Source: Ginkgo biloba | Taxonomy: Eukaryota; Plantae; Ginkgophyta | DNA: 36,066 bases | Assembly (NCBI GenBank): GCA_024626585.2 | Contig: JANKJI020000004.1 | Coordinates: 167,013,270 to 167,049,335 of the forward strand | Direction of reading: 5' to 3' | Shown: positions 1 through 11,662 of the stretch, piece after piece | How the letters are laid out: the number at the start of each line of letters is the position of its first letter | Numbering within the stretch: the stretch's first letter is position 1 | Made by a program: the position numbers and the translations under genes | The notes under the pieces: generated by a model | The model's input: only the letters and a program-made list of their open reading frames with translations | Database searches by the model: none | What the model was told of the DNA's origin: nothing

Positions 1-540
1 GCTCATGGTAAGCTCCATCACTGACGAGCGCAACAAAAATTTCCATTACCTAACCACCGAGTGCACTAACAACGATCAAGGGATGTTGAGCTAATGATCA
101 TGTCAAAAATTACCATTACCTAGCCACCAAGCGCACCGATGGAGGTTGGAACTGTTGGATTTAGCAAGCGCATCAATAAAGGTAGGAGCGGTGGTTCCCT
201 TTAATATTTTTTTTTTGTTTCTGCGTCGATCGGGTGTGTTCGGTAGACCATGCGTGCGTCATTGTGCATTCCATTGACGACATTGGTTGGCCGCACGAAT
301 GAAGTTTGCCTATTGAGAATTTGGAGACAGTCGGTGTCCTCATCGATCTACCGACAAGCGACAAGCGAAGTTTGTAACATCATTTGGGAGTTGTTGCCGA
401 CGAGCGATGACAAATCCCATGAGTGTATTTGTCAACTCTCGTCATTGCCAAGCGGCAGAGTGGAGGAGTTTTTCTTCGACAAGAGATGGTTTGAGAGTTT
501 TTCGCCAACGAGCGACAAACGAACCGACCAACTGCACTAG
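1..540. mobile_element. CpG-rich putative DNA-transposon terminal region (hAT-like subterminal repeats or Helitron 3' end)
   Basis: Much more CpG-rich than neighbouring TE DNA. Repeated short motif (g/a)acgagcg / cgacaagcga and a ~70-bp-spaced repeat aaaaatt(t/a)ccattaccta(a/g)ccacc(g/a)ag (~36-68, ~105-137). Ends abruptly at ...gcaCTAG|t (540), exactly where the adjacent Gypsy pol is cut. No transposase seen. Confidence 0.35.
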
Positions 541-2172
541 TTATCCTTAATGAGACCAAACTCTCTGACAAAAGCAACTAATTATTGAGTGGCTTCTTCA
601 ATGGGCTTGTTTGACCATTTCACGATATACTCTTTAATATCTCTATTATGTAGCCTTCTTGTCCTCTCATCCAACATAGCTTTTGGATCATGCACCTCAT
701 GCTCCAACTTCCTATGCATCAACAAAAGTTGGCAAGACATTATCATATCTCGGCAAAGCTTTCTTCATAAAACTTACATGAAAAACAAGGTGCATCTTCA
801 CATGAGCCGTAACTGCAATCTAGAGGTTGCTTCATTAATCTTTTCCAAAATTGTAGAATGGTCTACAATATCGAGGTGAGAGTTTAGCTTACTATATTGT
901 AGATAAGGAACTATTAGATTTTCCTCTGAGATATACCATATGCCCAACCTCAAATAATCTTGGTGATATATGTTGATCTACATACAACCTAGCACGTGAC
1001 AGTCCTCTCTCAATATTCTTTCAGCACTCCCTTAGCTCCTCTTGCATCTACTCAAGCATCTCTAGGAAGACTTGGGTCTTCCCCTTAAAATTCTTCAGGG
1101 CCAACTGCAAGTAAATCAAAGGATCGTATCAATACATAACTCTAAAAGCAGTCCTATTTGTAGCTGAATGTTTACTGTTGTTGTATGCGAGTTCCATAAT
1201 TGGAAGTTTCTCTCCCTATCTAGTCTCTATAGTTGCCACACGAGAACTCAACATGTCCGCCATGATCAAATTGACCCTCTAAGTTTGGTCATCTGCTTGA
1301 GAGTGCTTGTCACTATTGAAATCTAACTTAGTGCTCAATGCACAAAAGAGGTCTATCCATACGTGACTGGTGAATTTAGTATCTCGATTACCCATAGCGC
1401 TCTTTGGTACCCCATATTTGATGAGGACTTAAACTATCAATATTTCAATTATATCTTCCCTAAGGGATAAATCTTGCCATTTTAGTGAGTTGATCTACCA
1501 ACACCACTAGTTGATCATGTTATTACTATGTTCTTGGTAAGGAAGTCACAAAATCCATGGAAATGCTCTCCCATATGCCTTCAAGAATAGGCAAAGGCAT
1601 CAACAAACCAATAAGATGATCTCTCTTTGCCTTATTCACTTGACATTGTTCACATGCCTTCACATAATCAATTATTTCTTTCATCATGTTCTTCCAATAC
1701 ACATCTTTTGGCAGCTTGATAGATCTTATCCCTACCCACATGGATAGCAAAAGGACTATCATGCAACTTATATAGAATCTTATACTTGAGTTTAACAACA
1801 TTTGGGATAACAACTCTATCCCTAAACCATAATAATCCACCAAGATATGACATAATCTACATAAACTCACCATTAAGCAAAGCTTGATTTATCTCTTGAC
1901 ACTATTTGTCTTGATCCTATGCATCCTAGATTTCCTTTCTAAAAGAACCTTATATAACTAAAATATTATGAACTTATGGAAATTGGAATAGTGCATCAAC
2001 AAACATATTCTTCTTTCTTATTTCGTAGGTCATCTCGAGCTTGAATTCCTTAAATACCATAGACCACCTATATTGATTAGACCCTAACTTAGTATTAGGT
2101 AAAAAGGACAATAAAGACTTCTAAATTGACACAATTTTAAACTTGTTATTCTTCAAATAATGCTTCCAAATT
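541..2172 (-). mobile_element. Ty3/Gypsy chromovirus pol remnant: RNase H C-terminus, integrase (H2C2 + rve + GPY/F), chromodomain; pseudogenised
   Basis: Minus-strand translations give IWKHYLKNNKFKIV..SLLSFL..QYRWSMVFKEFKLEMTY..KKNMFVDAL (RNase H). Then LHDSPFAIHVG..YWKNMMKEIIDYVKACEQCQ..GLLMPLPILEGIWESISMDFVTSLP (integrase), KLSPRYCRPF..KMHLVFHVS (GPY/F), and LDERTRRLHNRDIKEYIVKWSNKPIEEAT at ~590-680 (chromodomain). Many stops and frameshifts. Confidence 0.95.
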
Positions 2173-2272
2173 NNNNNNNNNNNNNNNNNNNNNNNNNNNN
2201 NNNNNNNNNNNNNNNNNNNNNNNNNNNNNNNNNNNNNNNNNNNNNNNNNNNNNNNNNNNNNNNNNNNNNNNN

Positions 2273-2659
2273 TGGCATCCTTTCCTAACATGGGCATTCA
2301 GAGGTGGACTCTAGCGGATCGATAATAGTTGCTAGGGGCTGGCAATGGCATTTATGTGCCAGAGGTTTGGTTTCCCATGTAGGAGAGCTCCATGGCGGTC
2401 CCCATGGCCAACCGATAGGTGTTGGAGCACATATTGCAAAGACTTTCCTTAACAGACCTTCCCTACTAACGACTAATATACTGACCACTGACTTACTAAC
2501 ATTAATATGGTTAATTAATTGTTAGTTGAAGTGGTAGATGTTTCTATTGTTTACTTATGTATTTATTACTGTTGTTGTTTTTTAGGGAAGCAGAGTATTA
2601 CACTGGGATTGCCCAAACCTATGAGAGTCTATTGTTGGAGTGATTGCTTCCTCACAACA
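2273..2659 (+). repeat. 5' LTR (partial) of a Ty1/Copia element
   Basis: Ends ...cctcacAACA directly before a tRNA-Met PBS. The last ~56 bp match the end of the LTR at 3956-4346. The start is lost in an N gap. Confidence 0.75.
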
Positions 2660-2670
2660 TGGTATCAGAG
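2660..2670 (+). promoter_or_regulatory. Primer-binding site complementary to tRNA-iMet
   Basis: TGGTATCAGAG immediately after the LTR-terminal CA. Confidence 0.9.
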
Positions 2671-3383
2671 TAGAGTATGTTGAAGTGTTGCTAAGTTGTT
2701 AAGCATTATTGAGTTTTGCTCCATTGTTGAATGTTGTTATGTCAAAGTTGAGTTGTTGTTGCTATAATGTTGTTGTGTCAAGTTGAGTTGTTGTTGTTGA
2801 AAAGTTCCAAAGTTGTTTGAAACTGTTACAATTGATGCGTGTTGTTGGGTGTTGTTGAGTATTGCTTAAGTGTTGTTGTGTTGTTGCTATTGTGGTCATT
2901 ATTGTTGGATTCCCAAGCGCATTTAAAGTTGTCAGAGACATTACAGAAGGAGGAGGTCAGAGTTTTGGAAGCTCCCAATGAAGAAAAACGATTGCAGAGA
3001 AGATGAGGCAGTAGGGTGTGCTCTAGAAGGAATGATGGACGTGGAACGAACAAGATTAAGCTGAAGGAATGCCAAGACATCAAATGGGAGGCAGTGAATG
3101 GACAAAGGAATGTCAAAGAAGTGTTGCGAAAGAAGTTGGCTCGTGGATGAGTTGCTGCCAAATCGAACAACAAACGAAATTCAGACAATAGACCAAACTA
3201 CAAAAAAATCTAGAATGCAAAGAAATTCGGAACGCAAGTGCAAGCGGGAAAACAAGTTCGCTGATTTTTTTTTTTAATTTTCTNNNNNNNNNNNNNNNNN
3301 NNNNNNNNNNNNNNNNNNNNNNNNNNNNNNNNNNNNNNNNNNNNNNNNNNNNNNNNNNNNNNNNNNNNNNNNNNNNNNNNNNN

Positions 3384-3935
3384 ACACATGATGGCAGCCA
3401 AAGGATTCTCAAATACATAAAAGAAAAAGTGGATTATGGTGTTTGGTATTCAAGTACAAGGACACAAATTTTCAGTTAATAGGATAGTCAGATGTAGATT
3501 GGACTGGCTCCTTAGAAGCTAGAAAATCAACCACAAGTTACATGTTTCATTTGGGTTGAAGCACAATTTCATGGTGCAACAAGAAACAACACACAATAGC
3601 ACTTTCTTCTACAGAGACCAAGTATAGAGTGATAATGACAACAGTACGAGAAACAGTCTAGCTACATAGAGTTTTGGAGGACCTTCATTGCAAACAAATA
3701 GTTCCTACAATTTTATGGTGTGACAATCAAAGTGTTTTGAAGATGGAAAAGAACCCAATTTTTCACAAGAGAACCAAACATATTGAGATTGATTGCCACT
3801 ACATCAGGGAATGGGTTTTAGTGGAGCAGATCAAGTTGAGTACTGTTCTTCAAATGACCAATCAACAAATATCCTCACCAAACCATTGGTGAAAGACAAG
3901 TTTGAAAAACACAGATTGTCTCTAGGTGTATTAAA
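3384..3935 (+). pseudogene. Ty1/Copia RT C-terminus / RNase H remnant
   Basis: SDVDWTGSLEARKSTTSYMFHLG..ISWCNKKQHTIALSSTETKY..LWCDNQSVLKMEKNPIFHKRTKHIEIDCHYIRE..ILTKPL, the canonical Copia RNase H motif series, with stops and a frameshift. Confidence 0.95.
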
Positions 3936-3955
3936 GGGAAAACATCAAGGGGGGT

Positions 3956-4346
3956 TGTTAGAGTGTTGACGTTTATCCCCTTTAATTAATCAAGTTGTAT
4001 TACTATGTAAATATCTCACTCAAGTTAGAGAAGGCAAATTATTAAAATAGAAGAATGCTTTAGAGAGAAATAAATGTGGTAGATAGGAGCGCCATTTTCT
4101 TTGATTTGAATCCATGAAGTTTGATTGGCTGTAAACTTCTATATATACATGCATGAATCGAATAAAGATTGAGTTGGTTTTTTGGCATTCTACTCCTCCT
4201 GTCATGTTGTGAGTTTGTCCTTCATGTCTGAATCTTGTTAGTCTGATTCTCTATGTTTATTGCTGTAATTTCATGCTGTCAGTGTGTTCTTGGGATTGCC
4301 CAAACCTGTGAGAGTCCGTTGTTGGAGTGATTGCTTCCTCACAACA
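3956..4346 (+). repeat. 3' LTR of Ty1/Copia element (391 bp)
   Basis: Preceded by polypurine tract aagggggg (3947-3954). TGTT...AACA termini. Internal TATA-like ctatatata (~4138). 3' end matches the end of the 5' LTR. Confidence 0.9.
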
Positions 4347-4493
4347 GTAAGAAGACCATTATTTCCCCCAAAACAATAGCTTACATGGCTGAGTTCATAA
4401 CAGAAAAATAAATAGTATATTTATGGTTAGAATGCACTGTAAAATATAAGTTATTGTGGTTGATGAAGCATCCTTCACAAGCAACAAACCTCT

Positions 4494-4580
4494 TCAGAAC
4501 ATAGTTTCCCATTGGAACCCTTTTGGGTGTGTTTCCAGTCCAACAACCTCCTTAGGAACAACTTGGCCCCCCTGTAGCAA
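4494..4580 (-). CDS. Candidate terminal coding exon of an unidentified host gene (LLQGGQVVPKEVVGLETHPKGFQWETMF*)
   Basis: Strong acceptor ctctttcattttcAG on the minus strand. 28 codons of protein-like sequence to TGA, then U-rich 3'UTR-like sequence. Protein family not recognised. Confidence 0.45.
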   Translation of the reverse strand: MLQGGQVVPKEVVGLETHPKGFQWETMF

Positions 4581-6117
4581 CTGAAAATGAAAGAGGACAG
4601 CAAATAGAGAAGGGGGAAGTCTTCTCTAATNNNNNNNNNNNNNNNNNNNNNNNNNNNNNNNNNNNNNNNNNNNNNNNNNNNNNNNNNNNNNNNNNNNNNN
4701 NNNNNNNNNNNNNNNNNNNNNNNNNNNNNNNNNNNNNNNNNNNNNNNNNNNNNNNNNNNNNNNNNNNNNNNNNNNNNNNNNNNNNNNNNNNNNNNNNNNN
4801 NNNNNNNNNNNNNNNNNNNNNNNNNNNNNNNNNNNNNNNNNNNNNNNNNNNNNNNNNNNNNNNNNNNNNNNNNNNNNNNNNNTGCATGTTGTCATTAAGG
4901 CTACCATTCCTTGTGGTTTATACAAATTAAGGCATGGTAATTCCTTATTAATTAACAAAAATTTAATTTGATCTTTGTATAGATAAAATCTTATCTCTAA
5001 TAAATCTTATACAAGATTCTAACTACATATTTTCATGTTAATACCATTGGGATGAAGCGTGTGGGGTGCAAATCCCTTCTAACCCTAGAGGGCATCCATC
5101 TACTACTGGAAAATGTACTCTAATACCCTAATTACATTTGAGAGGAGATTTAAACCTATCTATTTCCACATATAGTGGGTTAGTTGGTGCATCAACATCT
5201 TTTTTTGTTTGTTTTGCATCACATCCCAAGAAATAAATTAAATCACTCACATGTGTTGCACACATTTGTTTAGGTCTAGTATATGACCTCACCTCAATAT
5301 TTTGAAAGATTCATTCCTTTTGGTTTATTGAGATGTTTCTATTTGCTAAGTAGGAGTTCTTTGTGATTGTACAATAGTCTGTTTCATTGTGGACAGTGAT
5401 AAATGTGTCAAAAAATTTGTTTGGCAGTTGGGTTTATTAATCATCCTGAGTTCCATCTTTAGCTCTCAATGAGCAGTTTGAGTGTTCTAACAAAGCGTCC
5501 ATCCTCACTTTACTATTGGATCTCAGTTTTGAATGAACTGAATATTAATCAGCAATGCCCTAGTAAAATTTGAGAATATCAGAAGATAGTCAAATTACTG
5601 GCCCTTAACCCTCATAACAACTTCACAATTTCCTTCCATCATGTTTCAGTCACTTAGCATCCCTGGTAAACTTGTAACTTGGATCTACAATGATCCAGTC
5701 AGAATCAAGTAGCATCATAGAAGAAAGTGATCAGAAGCTTCTGATCTATTCAATGTGTCCATGAAATCTCCACACCATTAACTTTACATCTTGGTCTTAA
5801 TGTTCACTCCACCCTAGTTCTATCACCTTCAATATCCGTTGTCAGTTTGCTGTTTTAGTATTATGACTGATTAATTTTAGAAATAGATTTTCAGTGCTTT
5901 AGTTTGTGGATTTTATGTTATTGTCAAGGACATCTGTCTAAGATCAGTTCGTTTCTAGTTACATTCTGTCAAAGAGAATTGATAGGGAGATCCTTGTGAT
6001 GAAAGGCCTTATAGATAAATTATAATTAATATGTTATGCTCAAATATTTTCTATGCAGAATGGCCAAAACTTACCAGTGTTGGTTTGTAATTAGTTGTGG
6101 AGCTTAGTCTCACCTAC

Positions 6118-6283
6118 CTTTTATCAGATGAATCCAAACAACCGTGCAGAATTTGTTAAAACTTAATGTTCTTCTTGACTGGGCCTTCACTTTATTCTTC
6201 TTTCCCAAAGACAGTGACTTCATGTTTCCATTTACGTCCATATGCTCAGGAAGAGACTTTCTTCCAAAGATAGGTTAAACGTA
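6118..6283 (-). other. Candidate exon (acceptor tatttgcAG, donor AAG|GTAGGT)
   Basis: Consensus splice sites on both sides. Contains an ATG-initiated frame MDVNGNMKSLSLGKKNKVKAQSRRTLSFNKFCTVVWIHLIK. No recognisable domain, and all three frames have a stop near the acceptor. Confidence 0.2.
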
Positions 6284-6409
6284 CTGCAAATAGCACTCAA
6301 AATGTGTTGGCTTCTGTTGGCAAACTTTATTACTTGTGAGTAAACAAACTTGTTTTTTAGCCTTTGCGGGACATTAATCTATCAGTAGATTGTTTGTCAG
6401 TGGTTTAAA

Positions 6410-7280
6410 ATGTTGGATCATTGTTTCTAATGGATCAGAGCAACCTAGGGAATTGAATTCAACCACTAAATTTGATCTAAGGGATATACACCCATACATG
6501 TGCCTAGATACACAAAGATCTATTTCTACCCAATGAGGGGGGATAACTGATCTAATAAGAAGAAATTGCTTCAATCACCCCATTTTTTCTTCCTATTAAT
6601 ATTAATAAGGGGGAAAAGAAAAAAACATGATCGAAGAGAAAGCTTAGGCTAGACCCGGGGGGCTGCTACGGGATGTTTGATGAATTATCGCTCCTACTTC
6701 AAGGATCAATTTGGCTACTGGACACTGGGCATTTGGGAGACCTAAAACCCTCGTTAGTTTGAGATGGGATTTCTCTGGGTCGAGTTGATCTTTGAAGGTT
6801 TCGATGGAAGAGAAAGGATTTTTGGATGAGCTGCTTAGTAAGAGGGATATCTCTTTGTTCGGTCATTTTTTGATCTTGACCTGAGGATAGCAATGTGTGT
6901 TAGGTGAGGTCACGAAAGTTTCTTCACAAGGCCGAAGGTAAAAGGAATATCCAAGGCTTCTTTTTGTGGTATAACGAATAGACGAGGAAGAAGTTATAGG
7001 TCGTCTATTTGGTCATACTAAATCGCCCTTGAATGGGAGAAATAANNNNNNNNNNNNNNNNNNNNNNNNNNNNNNNNNNNNNNNNNNNNNNNNNNNNNNN
7101 NNNNNNNNNNNNNNNNNNNNNNNNNNNNNNNNNNNNNNNNNNNNNAAATATTGGTGGAATCATTCTTTTTCTTCGTTGATTTCTTGAAGAACTTTAAAGG
7201 CATTTGCAATCTCGTTGAGTAATTTGTATAATCACTATAAACACTTTTTGTCAAAGTCCGTTCCAGAGAATCCAATTTCT
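6410..7280 (-). other. CpG-retaining foreign-looking insert (possible organellar or viral-derived DNA); boundaries approximate
   Basis: Many CpGs compared with the flanks. AT-rich hairpins at ~6581-6625 and ~6977-7009. Minus frame 7045-6644 (134 codons) is interrupted only by two TGA. Confidence 0.3.
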
Positions 7281-7435
7281 TTTGCTTCCCTTTTTAAAAC
7301 ATGTTTTGCATATTGCTGCTTTTCATGGCAGAATACTCAATTTGTACATAGTTAATCTGACAATCTTATACTTAATGGAAAGGCGTAAGTGCACAAGGAT
7401 TATTCACTGTCTCACACAATTTCTGCTTTATGCAG

Positions 7436-7464
7436 GTGAAACTCGTAATACAATTATTGGCTGA
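7436..7464 (+). CDS. Candidate short terminal exon (..GETRNTIIG*; alternative phase VKLVIQLLADSGPFKEGVIST* to 7501)
   Basis: Acceptor ttctgctttatgcAG|G with branch-like ctcac upstream. U/G-rich intron-like sequence upstream and 3'UTR-like sequence downstream. Confidence 0.3.
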
Positions 7465-8894
7465 TTCGGGTCCTTTTAAGGAGGGGGTGATCTCAACTTA
7501 ACTCTGAATGGGATATTAGTAAACTATTGGCTGAACATTTTGTTTTGATCCTTTGTATATTAGTAAACTAGTTCCTTTAAATGAACTGTATATTATTGTT
7601 GCGTATGGAATACTTGTGTATGCATTCCCCAAGTGCAGTCCAATACGAGACCAAGCACTTATACGAGGTCGGCAAGAGTCGATATGTCTAAGAGACATAC
7701 TAAACCTATGGCTTCAAGTGTAATGAGAAGGGCCAATATAGGCTATGGCCTACTGACATTGATCATTCTTTACAATTGTAAAGTATGGGGAAAAAGCATT
7801 CCATTTGAAACATAGAAGAATATAGAACAAATTCAGAAGGAAGGGGTGATAGCAAGATCACTTGACCATGCTCCTTTTGTATTTTGAAAAGGCGTGTTAT
7901 TAACAATGGCATGTTTATCTCTTTGATAGTCCATAACACTTGTTTCCTTTCAGAATTTTAACTTGGTGTTAAAAACAAAGCTTTATACTTGTTAAGAGGT
8001 TTTTGAATGTGTAATTTAAAAATAAATAAATTATTATTTGTTCAATATTTTATGGTGTAGAAATTCAAAATAAAGGTGTCAGATTTCCTTGTAAAATATA
8101 CCCCTCGAATATTGCCATTATTTATTCCACTAAATATTGTTATTTTTAGTTAAATTTTTTATCATTTTTCACTTGGCTCTCAAATAATGTGCCTATGATT
8201 TTTTGTAATTTTTTTCTAAATATTTTTTTCATAATTATTTTAGTGGAAATTAAGAAAATATATATACTAAGATGTGAATTGAAAATTGTATGTAAATGTT
8301 ATTATTAAGTAACCGATCTTATATATTTAAAAACTACAAACATTATAAAATGTGAGGGAAAAAANNNNNNNNNNNNNNNNNNNNNNNNNNNNNNNNNNNN
8401 NNNNNNNNNNNNNNNNNNNNNNNNNNNNNNNTTTTTAGTCACATATTATGGCTTCTTTATGAAATTATCGGCTCCCTTCCACAATGAAGATTGAAACTAA
8501 TAATTATCCTTCTTCATTAGATCCAACTTAGATAAAAAATTTATTCATTTGATTATATTCATAAGGACTATAATAAGGTATATTAATTACTTTATTAAAT
8601 TTGCATGCATGAGGGATTCGATTTGGTAATATCAAAACAAATCAAGTTTGGAATGGCTTTTCGTACTAATTTTGAGTCAAGTTTGAACGTAAAACCAAAC
8701 CTTTATGTAAGGTGTTTTGGAATATATAAGTGGTAAAAGTCCAAATACTTTGACTAACATGTGGATGATGTAATTAATCTAGTATATGTATAAGATAATA
8801 GAGTGTATGGTTAGCTATCACTTTGGATCAATACAACTTCATTGCATGCCACCTTGTATATAACTTGGTTGCCATGTTGGATATACGTGTAATT

Positions 8895-10315
8895 ACTATT
8901 ACCATGTCATAATTCCACATCATAATTAGTGGATTTGCATGCAGTGCTAAATCAATAATCATACACTATGTTGCATTGTCTTATATATATCAAGTCATAT
9001 TATCACATCACGTACCACATCAACATATGCAAAAGTCACATTTTTAAATGTTCTTGACCAAAAAATAATAATATTTTAGTAAGTTAGACAATATGATATT
9101 TGCACTCAATATGAGGATCTCTCAAGCATGCATTGGCATAGTGGTGTATTAGAAAATTAATTAGGTAAATTCTTCAAGCATGCCATCATTTCCAGGTTTA
9201 ACTATATAAGCTCTTCATTTTTTTCGTGTATTTTATTATTCACTAGAATTAAATTAATTTTANNNNNNNNNNNNNNNNNNNNNNNNNNNNNNNNNNNNNN
9301 NNNNNNNATGAAGAATCATTTTATCATCTAATTGCACATCATTGTGGATTCTAAGAGTCATTGTGCTAGAAAATATGATTAGAGAAATGCTAACCACATT
9401 CAATGACCAAGAAAGCATAGGGAAAGTGGCAATAGAGAGTATATAGGAAAGTGGCAATAGAGAGTATATAGGAAAGTAATAAGAAAGGGTTGAATAAGCA
9501 ATATTAGCATTAAATGTAGTGGTGGAGGAAGTGGGTGTATACTCAAGAGGTAGATCAATTTTAGTTTGATTTACAATGAGTTCAATAATCTGCATGATGC
9601 AATATTAGAGGTTGATATCTTAGACCTAGATATACATATTGAGGACTTGTAGGTTGAGGCTACAATAGTGGGTCCAACATCAAATATAATTGACTCACTA
9701 CTTGATTTTGAGGTTGAAAAGAGAGTACAATTAGACGCCTTGGATGCATATGATACTTCATCTATGGGCAATCCATCTAATGGAGTAGCACCAATGGCAG
9801 TGGGCAAAGACAGGGCAAAGTAAGAGGATATAATCTGAGATGTATATATAGTACTAATAGTTTTATTAAATTTTATTTCTAAATNNNNNNNNNNNNNNNN
9901 NNNNNNNNNNNNNNNNNNNNNNNNNNNNNNNNNNNNNNNNNNNNNNNNNNNNNNNNNNNNNNNNNNNNNNNNNNNNNNNNNNNNTGGTCCAAATTGCAAG
10001 TCTTCAACTAATTTGTGTAAAGTAGTCTTAACTAAGTAAATTTTCTTCAAAAAGTTACAAGAGAAGTTAGCTAAAAATTTTGTTGTAGGTAACTTACCTT
10101 TAACTTTACTTGAAGGGAATTATTAGGAAATTATATAACATATAAAGAAAGTCATATCTTTTGCAAAGATTAAGAATTTAATTGACCATTGATTGGACAC
10201 AACAATTTTCAAGCCTCGTGTATAAATTTTCAAATATTAATATGAAGTAGGAGGTAATTTTTTAATTCTCCAAGAAATTATTTCTTTGTATTGTAGAGGT
10301 ATCTTGTCTACCTCT
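8895..10315 (+). mobile_element. Internally deleted hAT (Ac-like) DNA transposon derivative, copy 1
   Basis: Colinear, clearly homologous to 16602-17590 and 19385-19718. Degenerate frame KLQEKLAKNFVVGNLPLTLLEG resembles the Ac-family LA.MII.H.LP...VE motif, and a later ..(I/F)LYW/CKG motif resembles the start of the hAT dimerisation domain. TIRs not identified. Confidence 0.55.
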
Positions 10316-10319
10316 TAAA

Positions 10320-11662
10320 TAGTGGTAGATTGTTTCTTTCCTTTTCTTTCTTGTTTCTTTGAATAAGTTAGTAAGATAATTGTTTTTCTTTCTGTATATC
10401 TTTCATTACAAGATTAGTGGTAGAAGAAATTCCATCTTTCATTATGTTGTTTAAATTCTTTCCTGAGTTGACAATTTAATGGTGACTTGATTCCGAGAAG
10501 AGTAAACTATCATTTTTGACATAGTTGTCGGGGATGTTGAACTTCCATTTGATAGGAAAAAAGGAGTGAAGAATAATTACTTGAAAAGAGACCATTAATA
10601 AAAAAAACATTAGACCTAAGTTGAAAAGCATAGTTATCCAACATATAGAAGAAGAAGTTAACAGAGAGACGAAAAAGACATGGTATGAAAAGTCAACCAC
10701 AGGATAATATGCTCCAATTTATCTCCACTAAAGTTTATATTTTGATGAAGTGAAGCTAGTCAATTAAAGACTTCACAATTGTCAAAGAAGAGCTCCAAAA
10801 AAGAGAGATCAATGATGTTGAGCCCAACACAACCATTTTTCCTATTGTTATTACAATAGAGGTGTAAAATAATGCCATGAAATATATTTTGCCTATAATA
10901 TTACCATAATTCTAGGGAAGGAGTCAAGAAGATCCAAATGCCTTTTTATTAGAATTTGATGTCCTTTGGAAAACCTATGATTATTTCAATGATGCTCAGA
11001 ATTTGGAACTTTTCCCATCCACCTTGAAGGGAGTTGCATTATTATGGTTCATGAGCTTGGAAGGTGGATCTATCCAGAGTTGGGAACAAATGTGCTAAAT
11101 CTTCTTGAAAAAATATCAAGGATATTGTCAAGATGTAGGTTTTCGGGAGAAATCCTTAAGCTAAAATAAGAGGAGGATGAATCCCTTAAAGATTACGTTG
11201 AATGATTGGAGTGTTTGACCAGATGTTGTCCTCAACACTGTCATGAGGAATCCACTTTGAAAATATTGTTCCTAGCAAGAATGAACCCAAGTGTTCAAAA
11301 CATATAGGAATTATGTCTATAGGCTTGATCACTATAGGGGAAGTTTCATCACTATCTATTCAAAACATATAGGAATTATGTCTATAATATTCATGACCAT
11401 CCAAGAAATGGGGTGGAAGGAAATTGATAGACACNNNNNNNNNNNNTGATATTTCCACCCTTTAATATGGATAGGGGAGGAAACATTTCTAGAGCCATAA
11501 ACAAAGATAAATTAAGCAATCTATTTATGGCTTTGAAGGAGGAAATCGTTTCATCAGTGGTAGCACAATTGACTAATTTAGAATTGAAGAACAAGAAAAA
11601 TGATGTGCAACGTTGGCTATCTACTATCCAAAATGTAGATAGAAGCATTCAACAAATGAATA
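10320..11662 (+). mobile_element. Athila-like Ty3/Gypsy 5' part: LTR end, tRNA-Asp-type PBS, gag remnant
   Basis: LTR end ..aactatCA (10512). PBS tgacatagttgtcgggga (10517-10534) is a decayed TGGCGCCGTTGCCGGGGA. Gag from 10877: MKYILPIILP*F*GRSQEDPNAFLLEFDVLWKTYDY..LELFPSTLKGVALLWFMSLEGGSIQSWEQM..FLKKYQ (Retrotrans_gag). Confidence 0.9.

Noticed and set aside
535-540. CACTA element terminus
   Set aside because: CACTAG faces the wrong way for the right end of the CpG-rich block, and the sequence beyond it is Gypsy pol.
5047-5229. Possible MITE (ttgggatg..catcccaa)
   Set aside because: Only an 8-bp inverted match, with no TSD or second copy.
11294-11386. CRISPR-like 28-bp repeat / 37-bp spacer
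   Set aside because: Only two repeats, eukaryotic TE context, no cas genes.
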